A stretch of DNA of 64,000 nucleotides from an uncultured bacterium (GTDB taxonomy: Bacteria > Fidelibacterota > Marinisomatia > Marinisomatales > UBA1611), in NCBI GenBank assembly GCA_943788175.1, contig CALSPG010000007.1:224001-288000 (forward strand). Reading direction: 5' to 3'. Shown here piece by piece: positions 50,529-59,713 of the stretch (position 1 is its first letter; the number at the start of each line of letters is the position of its first letter). Under the pieces are notes generated by a model. The model made no database searches. It saw only the letters and a program-made list of their open reading frames with translations, and had not been told where the DNA came from. Position numbers and translations under genes: made by a program.

Positions 50529-51397
50529 TTATTGAATCTCAAAATTTAATGTTTCACACCAATCTCTAATCGCTTGCCTATCGGCTTCAGAAATAGAACT
50601 ATGGTCAAAATCTGTTTTGTTTTGAAATGGAGGCGGCATTCTCAATTCATCCAAAGGATAGTTTTCGAAGTGTTTAGTACATTGAGGGCGATGGCATGAA
50701 GTACAAGAGTTTTGAATGTTAGTTGTAGTTCTGGGTTGTTGGAATTCAGCACCTATAATAGAATATGGTCCATTTCCTGTGATTGGAACTAATAACTTCG
50801 AGGGGTCGGCATTTTAATTTGGTCGATGGCTGGTGAATGTAAGAATGGACTTGCTTGATGACAATTCATACATTTATCTGCTGCAACTATGTGTGGAGGT
50901 TGCCATGCTTCATTATATCCAATCTCGGAAGGGCCTGGTGAATTATTAGGGTCACCGCTTTCTTCAATAGAAAAAAACAGGTTTCACCTGTAGAAAACTT
51001 ATGACCAATTACTCCTAACCCTCCGTCACGGCAAAAGGTTATAAATACCACATCAGAATTCTCAGAACCATCTTGGTTCTCCCCATGATAACGTCCTACT
51101 TTATTATTTGATTGGCAAGCCATTCCGAATGCCCATGGATGGTCACAGTCATTTATATTTGAACTTCCACTACCCTCCTCAGTTTCTGGATATGTTTGAT
51201 GAACACCATCCTTAGTACTTGGTACTTCTATTGCATCATCACAACTATATTTCGGAAGAGGTCCTAAAACTGATTCACATTCATACGCATATTCAAGTGC
51301 GGTTCTTTTTAGAAGTAGTTGAGTCATTATTTGATGATGCATTATCTTCACAACTCCAAACCCCAACCAATAAAATGATAAACAGATATTTTTTCAT
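50529..51397 (-). pseudogene. Di-heme c-type cytochrome lipoprotein (about 289 aa) interrupted by three homopolymer frameshifts
   Basis: Lipobox VWSC; CMNCH at 50858-50872 and CTSCH at 50691-50705; frames join at 51306-51310, 50971-50977 and 50812-50815. Confidence 0.7.
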
Positions 51398-51484
51398 ACT
51401 AAAATGTAGTGCTGTTAGATAAAAATATTAATTTTTTATAGGAATCATCCTCTTTATTTTTATGCATATAATAAAGGAAGCAAA

Positions 51485-52099
51485 ATGAATATTAAACTAT
51501 ATAATAAACTTATGCTTCTTCCGCTGATTTTTTTTATCGGCTGTGAATCTGATGATGACGAAGGGGCAGATTCGATTATTGGTACTTGGAGTGGTCAATC
51601 TTGGGTTGAGTATGACACTACGTGTACGGGAGACATAAAAGATACTTCGGGCGATGTCATAACTATCACATTCACAGAAACTGATTTCAGTATTCAATCA
51701 ACGGAGTCTTTTGAAGGCTGGTGTGACGGTACTGTTACAGATGATGTATGCGATGAAGATGGAGATACCTACACTTTGAGTGATTTTGAAGAGGAATGTA
51801 CAGAAGACGGTGACGCTACTTACTCCAATGGTATTTGCTCCACTATTGATGCACAGGTAGGTACCTATATCCTATCTGATTCTTTGTATATAACTAATAC
51901 ATTAACCGAAGATGAAATTGATGAAAGCTCTTGCAACTCTCTTGCTGAGGCTGGCGCAACAACCAGTTTTGCTAATGGTGTTTGTACCATTAATTACACT
52001 TCAGCTGTCGATGTTACATTTGATGGTAATACTATCTCCTGGACTGATGTAAATATAGAAGATTCTTATTGTGATGTTACTACACTAACAAAACAGTAA
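51485..52099 (+). CDS. Acidic, Cys-rich lipoprotein (lipocalin-like start)
   Basis: Lipobox FIGC, SIIGTW, very D/E/T-rich, multiple Cys. Confidence 0.75.
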   Translation: MNIKLYNKLMLLPLIFFIGCESDDDEGADSIIGTWSGQSWVEYDTTCTGDIKDTSGDVITITFTETDFSIQSTESFEGWCDGTVTDDVCDEDGDTYTLSDFEEECTEDGDATYSNGICSTIDAQVGTYILSDSLYITNTLTEDEIDESSCNSLAEAGATTSFANGVCTINYTSAVDVTFDGNTISWTDVNIEDSYCDVTTLTKQ

Positions 52100-52117
52100 A
52101 TATTTTCTTATTTTAAA

Positions 52118-52153
52118 ATAAAAAGCCCCATCATACTTGGTGGGGCTTTTTAT
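52118..52153. terminator. Bidirectional intrinsic terminator
   Basis: ATAAAAAGCCCCATCA-TACT-TGGTGGGGCTTTTTAT between convergent ORFs. Confidence 0.85.
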
Positions 52154-52171
52154 CTGCGTTTTTGTTAAAAT

Positions 52172-52414
52172 TTAATCTCTATCCGAAGAACAATATTCAG
52201 TTTGGGAATCCATATATTCTTCATTGCTGTTAACCGTTACAGTCACTTCTTGGTCTTCAACAATATAAAGCACATCAAAGGGATATTGAATAGAAGCTTC
52301 TCCATCAATTTCAGGATTGTTTTCAGTCCATTCCCTTAATAATCCATATTCAGAATCATCTTCAACAGTAATAGTTGAACCATCTGGCATAGTATACGTT
52401 ACAGGTAGAATAAG
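52172..52414 (-). pseudogene. 5'-truncated remnant of an acidic FCB-type exported protein
   Basis: LILPVTYTMPDGSTITV...W...NP...QYPFDV reads as an internal repeat domain; no signal peptide; in-frame stop just upstream. Confidence 0.5.
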
Positions 52415-52558
52415 CGAATGCTATTAAAGTGATTTTCATTTTTTAATCTACGAATAATTACCATACAATGTGTGAGCATCTTATATACACATACCTACCC
52501 CCCCATCAAACGGGGTATGCCCCCTACTTTCGTTGAGTTAATTAATTGAAAATGAAAG

Positions 52559-52583
52559 TGTATCCCCCGTTTTTGTATCCCCC
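52559..52583. repeat. Direct repeat TGTATCCCCC x2 (third degenerate copy near 52514)
   Basis: TGTATCCCCC at 52559-52568 and 52574-52583. Confidence 0.7.
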
Positions 52584-52620
52584 AAACGCTAATGAATGAT
52601 TATAAATGTTTGGAATTGAA

Positions 52621-52654
52621 ACACAAAACCCCCCGAAGTTAATCGAGGGGTTTA
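52621..52654 (-). terminator. Terminator downstream of tRNA-Lys
   Basis: Minus strand AAACCCCTCGA-TTAACT-TCGGGGGGTTTT then TGTTT. Confidence 0.65.
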
Positions 52655-52682
52655 TGTCGAAGAGTGTGGTATTACTCTCTAG

Positions 52683-52755
52683 TGACTCGGGTGAGACTCG
52701 AACTCACGGCCAATGGCTTAAAAGGCCACTGCTCTACCAACTGAGCTACCGAGTC
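52683..52755 (-). tRNA. tRNA-Lys (TTT)
   Basis: GACTCGGTAGCTCAGTTGGTAGAGCAGTGGCCTTTTAAGCCATTGGCCGTGAGTTCGAGTCTCACCCGAGTCA; no encoded CCA. Confidence 0.95.
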
Positions 52756-52806
52756 AAATTTGATGTGAAGTTTACATAAAATAAAAAAATAATTTAATAA
52801 AAATCT

Positions 52807-53883
52807 CTAAATATCTTTTTGAACTTTTACATGCCTTTTAGAAAGGTAATCTAATATAAAATCAAAAATATTTTTATTTTTACAAACGCTTTCAGGAGGG
52901 AATACCCCTTTATTATCAAATAAGCCTTCAAGAATTAAATTAATCGTTGCTGTTGCTGTATAGCCTGTCGTTCTTGCCATTGATGATGTTTTACTGGTTT
53001 TATCAAATTCATCAAACAGTTCATAACTTATTGTTTTTTCGTCTGTCTCAATTTCGACTTTTAAAATTGTGAATTCGGGTTCGTCTTTTTCAAGTTCCCA
53101 TTCGTTAAATAAGTATTTTATTGTTTCTTCATCTTGTAAAATATCATTCTTAATATATCCTTTTATTAATTTTGAGTGTCCTGGAAACCGAAGCGTCTTT
53201 TCTGACATGTTACTAACATGAGACATAGTTTGTAAAAGAGATCGTAGTCCATCAGTATTAAAAGCTTCTAGTTTTATATCATTATTAAAATTTAATATTT
53301 CAATTTCTGATAAAGCTGGTTTGGTAATAATTTTTCCATTAATCATCATTCTTGCGGGCCTGGTATATTCTTCTATTACATCGATTGGTGAAAAAGGTGC
53401 TTTATAATTAAATGGAGCTTTTGGATATTTGGGAAGTCCGCCTACAAAGTATTTAAATGAAGTAATTTTTTCAAATGAATTGTAATAGCCAAGTATGTAA
53501 TTTGGTATACCTGGTGCCACTCCTGAGTCAAAGATGGCAGTAACATTATTTTTAATTGCATTTTTGTTTAATTCCATTAGGTCTTCTGGAGAAAATGAAA
53601 TGTCAACAACATTTTTGCCACATTCAATTATTGTTTTTAATATTTTAAACCCTAAGTGTCCTGGCACAGCCAAGAGTACAATGTCTGCGTTAATTATGAA
53701 AGATGATACCTGTTTAATGTCTCGGGCATCAACTTTTAAAATACTTATTGATGGATGATTTTTGATTTTATCATTAACGTTATCTATTTCAATATCCCCA
53801 AGTAACACATCGTGATCTTCGGCTAGGTCGAGAGCCATTGTCTGACCAATCATTCCAGAACCTATTTGACAAATTTTAGCCAT
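52807..53883 (-). CDS. Saccharopine dehydrogenase family, lysine 6-dehydrogenase-like
   Basis: GSGMIG, DSGVAPG, IEEYTRPAR, EAFNTDGLRSL, EKTLRFPGH, SMARTTGY. Confidence 0.85.
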   Translation of the reverse strand: MAKICQIGSGMIGQTMALDLAEDHDVLLGDIEIDNVNDKIKNHPSISILKVDARDIKQVSSFIINADIVLLAVPGHLGFKILKTIIECGKNVVDISFSPEDLMELNKNAIKNNVTAIFDSGVAPGIPNYILGYYNSFEKITSFKYFVGGLPKYPKAPFNYKAPFSPIDVIEEYTRPARMMINGKIITKPALSEIEILNFNNDIKLEAFNTDGLRSLLQTMSHVSNMSEKTLRFPGHSKLIKGYIKNDILQDEETIKYLFNEWELEKDEPEFTILKVEIETDEKTISYELFDEFDKTSKTSSMARTTGYTATATINLILEGLFDNKGVFPPESVCKNKNIFDFILDYLSKRHVKVQKDI

Positions 53884-54904
53884 TATTAATTTTCTCGCTT
53901 ATGTATGACTGAAAGTGGCTTACGCCAATTTCATATTTCTCTGAAAATATACCTTGATTGAATCCATTGGATTTCAACCCTTTTTGTACTTTTTCACATA
54001 TGTAGATATCTTCATTTTGGACCTCTTCACTAAAGACAATATCTTCCTTTATTTTCTTCTCTGAGACATCTTTAAAATAATAATCAAAAATAACGTTACA
54101 ATTTTGCTCATCAATTGGTTCTATAGTATTTGTTTGTAGCCTTCCAGGAGCGATATTAAATAATATGTTCGGGTATATAGTAAAGTAGAACGCTTTATTA
54201 TTATCTTCTGAATTTTTGTAGGGTGAGGAATCTGGGTTGAGAAAGCACCACTGCATTGAAAAATCATCAAATATTTCAGTTTTGTAGCTCTTGTAATTTA
54301 TGACTGTATTCAATTTTGGGTGTACTAGTGGTATATGAAAACCTTCTAAATAGTTATCCAGATAAACTTTCCAATTACATTTTATTTTGTATGTATCTCG
54401 TTTGCGGTATTTGTAATCTGAAAAGTTCAAGGGCTCAATAATTTTTTCAATCTTTTTCAAGATTTTTTTCAGATCATTATCATCATCATCATCGAACTTT
54501 ATAAATATTTGGTCCATCCAAATATAATGTTTTATAGGTTTTAATTGATATTTCTTAAAGTCTAATAACTCCTTATCAAAACCCCTTGCGGTTCTTAAGT
54601 CTCCGCTTAATTCATATGTCCAACCATGATATCCACATTTTATTTGTTTTGAATTTCCTTGATGTTCTAATAAAATGCATCCTCTGTGCTGGCATACATT
54701 GTAAAATGTATTCAAAGTATTATTATTGTCTCGGGTAAGTATAATTGGTTGGTCATTAATTGTTTTAGCAACATAATCACCTTTATTAGGAACTTGATTT
54801 ATTGAACCTAATAGGTGCCATGATTTTGAGAAAATATTTTTTTTTTCTAGTGCAAAGATTTCTTTGTCTTGATACCAGCTTGAAGAAAGTGTATTGTGGT
54901 TCAA
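53876..54904 (-). CDS. Rieske non-heme iron oxygenase alpha subunit (choline/carnitine monooxygenase-like)
   Basis: CQHRG...CGYHGW Rieske site; NWK..DNYLEGFHIPLVH mononuclear Fe site; ED..ICE.VQ.G. Confidence 0.9.
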   Translation of the reverse strand: MNHNTLSSSWYQDKEIFALEKKNIFSKSWHLLGSINQVPNKGDYVAKTINDQPIILTRDNNNTLNTFYNVCQHRGCILLEHQGNSKQIKCGYHGWTYELSGDLRTARGFDKELLDFKKYQLKPIKHYIWMDQIFIKFDDDDDNDLKKILKKIEKIIEPLNFSDYKYRKRDTYKIKCNWKVYLDNYLEGFHIPLVHPKLNTVINYKSYKTEIFDDFSMQWCFLNPDSSPYKNSEDNNKAFYFTIYPNILFNIAPGRLQTNTIEPIDEQNCNVIFDYYFKDVSEKKIKEDIVFSEEVQNEDIYICEKVQKGLKSNGFNQGIFSEKYEIGVSHFQSYISEKINNG

Positions 54905-54907
54905 TTT

Positions 54908-55822
54908 TTAAACTTCTCTGGAAGTTCTTAAAAAAGGCTTGGTTAAGCATGTCGGCCCGCCAGAACCTTTTAGCGAAATCTCGTTTCCTTTATAGGTAAA
55001 TACCTCAACATTCTTGGCTTCGAGTTTCTTTTTTGTTATGGGGTTACCTTTAAGCATTATAACTCTCCGTGGTGAAAGTGCTAGAACATTACATCCCATA
55101 GTATAATATTCTTTATCTGAGACATCGATTAACTCAATATTATATTTTTGAAGTTGTTCTAAAAACTGCACAGGGAGTAATCTTGAATAGATTAGAAAAA
55201 GGTCGCTATCAATAGGACTTAAATTACTCATTAAATGAAGACAATCATTAGGTCCATTCCAATGTGGCAAGGGAACAGAAATTATTCGCTCAACAGAATT
55301 AGATAATATTTGTTTTAATTGTTTGATCCCCTCATTGTTCGTCCTATATCCAGTACCAACAGCAACGGTTCTTTTATTTATCCAGACAATATCACCGCCC
55401 TCTAATTTACCGGGAGAAGTAATTTCTCCTAAGATTGGTATTTTGAGTTCGATTAAAAACTCTTTAATCGCCTTACTTTCAGAAGTTCTATTTACTTTAC
55501 CCATATTACATAACACCACACCTTTATTTGTAATTACTAAAGGGTCGTGAGTGTAGATTGAATCAATTGATGTAGAATCATTCTTTTCTAAAAAATATTT
55601 TTCAATTCCAAAAGAATCTAAAATTTTAATGAATGAATCATATTCATTCAAAGATTCATTGAAGTCTGGAGCTTCAGTGAAATTTAAAGTATTGAATTCC
55701 TTATTGATTTTTTTTTGATTAATAAATGCTGTTTTTGGATGTTTTAAAATAATTTTTTCTATAGGGTCAATCATGTTATTACAATTAAAATTTATTTTTA
55801 AACTTTGTTTATTATGAGGCAT
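54908..55822 (-). CDS. Amidinotransferase/dimethylarginine dimethylaminohydrolase-like protein
   Basis: DSIYTHD, LEGGD, RTN, LHLMS, GGPTCLT. Confidence 0.85.
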   Translation of the reverse strand: MPHNKQSLKINFNCNNMIDPIEKIILKHPKTAFINQKKINKEFNTLNFTEAPDFNESLNEYDSFIKILDSFGIEKYFLEKNDSTSIDSIYTHDPLVITNKGVVLCNMGKVNRTSESKAIKEFLIELKIPILGEITSPGKLEGGDIVWINKRTVAVGTGYRTNNEGIKQLKQILSNSVERIISVPLPHWNGPNDCLHLMSNLSPIDSDLFLIYSRLLPVQFLEQLQKYNIELIDVSDKEYYTMGCNVLALSPRRVIMLKGNPITKKKLEAKNVEVFTYKGNEISLKGSGGPTCLTKPFLRTSREV

Positions 55823-55848
55823 AATTTTTTTGACTTAATTATGAATGA

Positions 55849-56793
55849 TTATTTTTGCCAAGGCATTTTATTAAGGTCATAATTTCCACCTGTTAATATT
55901 AGGCCAACTCTTTCATTTTCAAACTTCTTAGAGTTTAATAGTAGGGCAGCGAACACTATTGAGCATGAAGGTTCAATTATAATCTTTAATCGTTGCCATA
56001 TTACATACATTGAATCAATTATCATCTTTTCAGATACAAGTAAAATTTCCTCAACGTGCTCTTGTATAATAGGGAAAGTCAGTGTTCCTACTTGAGCTCT
56101 TAAGCCATCTGCTATTGTATCGGTTGTTTCATTTGACATAATTTTATTATTTATTATAGACCTATATGTATCATCAGCATTCTCTGGCTCAGCACCGTAT
56201 ATTTTCAGATTAGGGTTTAAAGCTTTAGCTGTTAATATCGTACCCGATAAAAGTCCTCCTCCGCTAACTGGGCAAATAATACTATCTAAGTCCTTTACTT
56301 CTTCGATTAGTTCCTTTGCGGCTGTGCCTTGACCAGTAATAATCTTATTATCGTTATAAGGATGAATGATAGAAGCCCCAGATTTTTTTACCATTTGATA
56401 CAAAGTTTCTTCCCTTGAGTTAATATTTGGTTCGCAAAAAACAATTTCCCCACCATATCTCTTAACATTTTCAATTTTATTTGAAGGTGTGTTTTTCGGC
56501 ATAATAACACAAGCGCTTATTCCCATATTCTTTGCAGAATATGACACAGCAGCACCATGATTTCCAGAAGATGTCGTTATAATACCATTCTTTAATTGTT
56601 TTTTATTGAGTTGTAATATTGCGTTTGTCGCACCGCGAATTTTAAATGAGCCTGTTTTTTGAAAATTCTCACACTTAAAATATAATTTAGAACTAGATTC
56701 TAAATTGAGAGTCTGGGAAGTTAACACAGGTGTTCGGTGTATGTAATTTGATATTCTATCGTGCGCTAGTTCTATATCTTTGTAGGTTATCAT
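55849..56793 (-). CDS. PLP-dependent Ser/Thr dehydratase / serine racemase-like enzyme
   Basis: KCENFQKTGSFKIRGA, SSGNHG, SGGGL, TIADGL, IEPS, TGGN; no ACT domain. Confidence 0.9.
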   Translation of the reverse strand: MITYKDIELAHDRISNYIHRTPVLTSQTLNLESSSKLYFKCENFQKTGSFKIRGATNAILQLNKKQLKNGIITTSSGNHGAAVSYSAKNMGISACVIMPKNTPSNKIENVKRYGGEIVFCEPNINSREETLYQMVKKSGASIIHPYNDNKIITGQGTAAKELIEEVKDLDSIICPVSGGGLLSGTILTAKALNPNLKIYGAEPENADDTYRSIINNKIMSNETTDTIADGLRAQVGTLTFPIIQEHVEEILLVSEKMIIDSMYVIWQRLKIIIEPSCSIVFAALLLNSKKFENERVGLILTGGNYDLNKMPWQK

Positions 56794-56877
56794 GACAAAA
56801 GTTAATTTTTACATAAATGTTGTATTATTCAAACTTACACACAAAAATAATATTCTTAATCAATCTTGAGATTAATT

Positions 56878-56925
56878 AAAAGCACCTTTTAAAAACCGAC
56901 TAAAGAGAAAGTCAATAGTGCCTTT
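56878..56925 (-). terminator. Possible terminator-like hairpin after queF
   Basis: Minus strand AAGGCAC...GACT/AGTC...GTGCTTTT nested stems. Confidence 0.4.
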
Positions 56926-57315
56926 TTAATTTATATTGCCTTCAACACAAGTAGTCTTAAATCCACCCCTGATATTATATATTGTTGTTATCTGTAGTTT
57001 ATTTGTTTCAAGACACAAGCATAGGTCATTATATATGCGCTTTGTAACACCTTCTTGATAAATGCCGACATTGCGAAAGCTAGTGAAATAATATTTTAAA
57101 GATTTTAATTCAACGCATTTACCTCCTGTCGGGAAGTATTCTATCTTTACCTTCGCCAGGTCAGGGAGTCCACTAAAAGGGCACACAGCACTAAATTCAT
57201 TTGTTTCAGTTTTAATATATTGATCTACTGAGTCGAACGCGAATGTTTCTAGAAAATTAGAATTAATTTTTGAGACGTCTTCAAAATTAAATGTTTCCCC
57301 TTCTGCTTTTATCAT
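56926..57315 (-). CDS. queF: PreQ0 reductase (unimodular QueF)
   Basis: [24 protein letters not shown] overlap with queD. Confidence 0.9.
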   Translation of the reverse strand: MIKAEGETFNFEDVSKINSNFLETFAFDSVDQYIKTETNEFSAVCPFSGLPDLAKVKIEYFPTGGKCVELKSLKYYFTSFRNVGIYQEGVTKRIYNDLCLCLETNKLQITTIYNIRGGFKTTCVEGNIN

Positions 57316-57674
57316 TCTTTTCCTCCTCTGTATACGCAACCAGTTAACTTTGTTTCTTTTATTTCAATCTCAAAAATGTTTGGCAGTAAAGTTTTAATTT
57401 CGCTCCAAATGTAGATGCACAAATTTTCACTAGTGGGATTTTCTAAACCTTCGATATCATTTAAATATGAATGATCAAGCAAGCTACTGATTGGGTTAAA
57501 TGCATTTTGTATATCTTCAAAATCAATAACAAATCCAGTTTTTTCATCTAAGGAACCTTTGACTTTTATTGTTATCTCAAATGAATGGCCATGCACTTTA
57601 TAGCAAGGATGAGAAAGATCAACATTAGGCAATGATCTAGCAGATTCAATATTAAATTTTTTGTATACAATCAT
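57312..57674 (-). CDS. queD: 6-carboxytetrahydropterin synthase
   Basis: C...[23 protein letters not shown]. Confidence 0.88.
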   Translation of the reverse strand: MIVYKKFNIESARSLPNVDLSHPCYKVHGHSFEITIKVKGSLDEKTGFVIDFEDIQNAFNPISSLLDHSYLNDIEGLENPTSENLCIYIWSEIKTLLPNIFEIEIKETKLTGCVYRGGKE

Positions 57675-57682
57675 ACCGTAAT

Positions 57683-58327
57683 TTAAGGGAAACCTAATAT
57701 TTTATGTGTCTGTAAACTAAGTTTCCATTTTGGGTTTTTTTCAACAAATGTTTCAGACAATTTCTTATTTTTTTCATAATCATTATTATCCATTGGTTGA
57801 ATAAAAAAATGATTAAAATTATAGCTTTCAAACTGGATAGGTTCAAAATCTTTTTGCGGGTATACAAATTTCAGTTCGTCTCCAGTTTTGAGATTTGTTG
57901 TAGTATTATTTTTTGGACTTACACAAATCCAATCTATTTCATTTGGTGGTAATTTAGTTCCGTTTGTTTCAATACTAATTTTAAATCCGATTTTATGAAT
58001 TTCATCTACAAAGTTTTGATCTAGTTGAAGAAGTGGCTCACCACCAGTACAAACTAAAAATGGTTCTAAATTATTATCTGAAGGCCAAAGATTAGAAATA
58101 ATATCAAGAATTTCATTAATGTAATAATTCCCGCCATTCTCTCCATCTGTTCCAACAAAATCAGTATCACACCAGTCACAAATAGCCTTGGCTCTATCTT
58201 TTTCTAATCCGCTCCATAAATTGCAACCACTAAAGCGAAGAAAAACGGAAGGTCGGCCAGTATGATATCCTTCACCTTGCTTTGTTAAAAATAGCTCTTT
58301 GACTTTATATATTTTTTTTGTTTTCAT
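57683..58327 (-). CDS. queE: 7-carboxy-7-deazaguanine synthase (radical SAM)
   Basis: QGEG, Cx14CxxC (CNLWSG...CDWCDT), TGGEP, ETNG, SLQTHK. Confidence 0.93.
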   Translation of the reverse strand: MKTKKIYKVKELFLTKQGEGYHTGRPSVFLRFSGCNLWSGLEKDRAKAICDWCDTDFVGTDGENGGNYYINEILDIISNLWPSDNNLEPFLVCTGGEPLLQLDQNFVDEIHKIGFKISIETNGTKLPPNEIDWICVSPKNNTTTNLKTGDELKFVYPQKDFEPIQFESYNFNHFFIQPMDNNDYEKNKKLSETFVEKNPKWKLSLQTHKILGFP

Positions 58328-59010
58328 CTATATTCCAAAGGATCCACCAACCCAGCATCATGGAATCCTTTTAATCGGAGATTGCAAGCATCACAACATC
58401 CACAAGGACTGCCATATTTATTTGGCGAATAGCAAGATGATGTTATTTCATAATTAACACCTAACTCTATGCCCTCTTTAATTATTTCTGATTTTGTTAG
58501 TTTAATTAGTGGAGTATGAATTTTGTAAGTCCCTACATTCTGTAAAGCATCTTTTGTAGCAAGATTCATTAGTTGTTCAAATTTAGATATAAATTTTGGT
58601 CTACAATCTGGATACCCGCTGTAATCAATAGCATTGACACCAATAAATATGTCAAAAGCATTTAATGTTTCTGCCTTAGCAAGCGCAACGGAAAGAAAAA
58701 CAGTGTTTCTTGCGGGTACGTATGTAGATGGGATCTCTTTAGTGGTACTTAAATCTCGATTTTTTGGAATTTCAATTTTATCAGAAACGAGAGAAGATCC
58801 ACCAAAAGAAGCCAAGTCCAATTCAATAATAGCATGGCTTTTAAATTTAAATTGTTTGGCAACTAATTTTGAGGCTTCTAGCTCATAATCATGTCTTTGT
58901 CCATAGTTGATTGTAATTCCATGCATTTCATAGCCTGCATCATCCGCAATTGCTGCACATGTCGTTGAGTCTAAACCGCCTGAAAGTAAGATTACAGCCG
59001 GTTTTTTCAT
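58324..59010 (-). CDS. queC: 7-cyano-7-deazaguanine synthase
   Basis: SGGLDS, YGQRH, TYVPARN, YPDCRP, C..CGCCDAC. Confidence 0.95.
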   Translation of the reverse strand: MKKPAVILLSGGLDSTTCAAIADDAGYEMHGITINYGQRHDYELEASKLVAKQFKFKSHAIIELDLASFGGSSLVSDKIEIPKNRDLSTTKEIPSTYVPARNTVFLSVALAKAETLNAFDIFIGVNAIDYSGYPDCRPKFISKFEQLMNLATKDALQNVGTYKIHTPLIKLTKSEIIKEGIELGVNYEITSSCYSPNKYGSPCGCCDACNLRLKGFHDAGLVDPLEYR

Positions 59011-59288
59011 CTTTTGAAACTTTTTATAAAAATTAACATAATAAAATTATTTTTGTTAAATGTGTTATTAAATAAAAATTGAATTTTATTGAACAAGATA
59101 TTACGGTATTAGTTTTAAAATTAAATTATCATTTTATGTAAATCATTTAGGTTTTTTAAAAAAAGACACTTTAGTTGTTGCGCTAAATTTTGAACTTACA
59201 TTAAACTACGTAGTCTCTTTTGACAAAGTTTTTTAAAAAAGATTTTGAAATAAGAGGTTGACTTATGAAACACATAATTAATGTGTTT

Positions 59289-59333
59289 GAAGAAAAGGCT
59301 TCGGGTTGGCGTTTGAAGCCTTTTCTTATTTTT
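59289..59333. terminator. 13-bp hairpin just upstream of tmRNA
   Basis: AAGAAAAGGCTTC-12 nt-GAAGCCTTTTCTT followed by ATTTTT. Confidence 0.6.
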
Positions 59334-59355
59334 AGAACTTTTGCTTTTTGAAAAT

Positions 59356-59708
59356 GGGGGCGACCGGCATTCGACGGGATATGTAGGGTGCTTAACCGCA
59401 TGCGGAGGATATCAGTTCCCTCCTTAATCATCTGATAAAAACAATATATGCCGATTACGGCTATATGGCTGCAGCTTAGTTGAGGTAGCCCGCTTCTTAA
59501 TTAATTTGTCTATGGTTTTTTAAAGAAGCGTCATAAACATGGACTGGTTTCAAATTCGCTCATAAATTTGAAATGAGATTAAATGAGCTGGCTCTTTTTG
59601 ATTTGCGTCTCTGATTTAAAAAAGAGTAAGATAATAATCCGAAGACTAAGCATGTAGACGTTTATCACTAAACTATTTCGGACGGGAGTTCGATTCTCCC
59701 CGCCTCCA
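59356..59708 (+). ncRNA. ssrA: tmRNA
   Basis: 5' GGGGGCGA...TTCGAC; 3' GACGGGAGTTCGATTCTCCCCGCCTCCA; tag frame 59450-59479 (A)ADYGYMAAA*. Confidence 0.95.
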
Positions 59709-59713
59709 CTAAT

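Noticed and set aside
56878-56925. Resemblance to a tracrRNA 3' end (GGCAC...AGTCGG...GTGCTTTT)
   Set aside because: No cas genes or CRISPR array in the window; better explained as a terminator-like hairpin.
56926-59010. queCEDF as a DNA 7-deazaguanine modification (dpd) system or deazapurine natural-product cluster with the adjacent amidinotransferase
   Set aside because: No dpdA/tgt paralog in the window; QueF is the canonical reductase; a 130-nt spacer with a hairpin separates the two units. Ordinary queuosine synthesis is sufficient.
59011-59200. preQ1 riboswitch upstream of queC
   Set aside because: An AAAACTAA-like tail exists on the minus strand, but there is no P1 stem with the GUUC-type loop.
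59201-59431. 76-aa minus-strand ORF overlapping tmRNA, and the many short antisense ORFs in the track (for example 4269-4568, 6625-7020, 16546-17028, 44709-45275)
   Set aside because: Shadow ORFs opposite well-supported genes, with no recognisable motifs.
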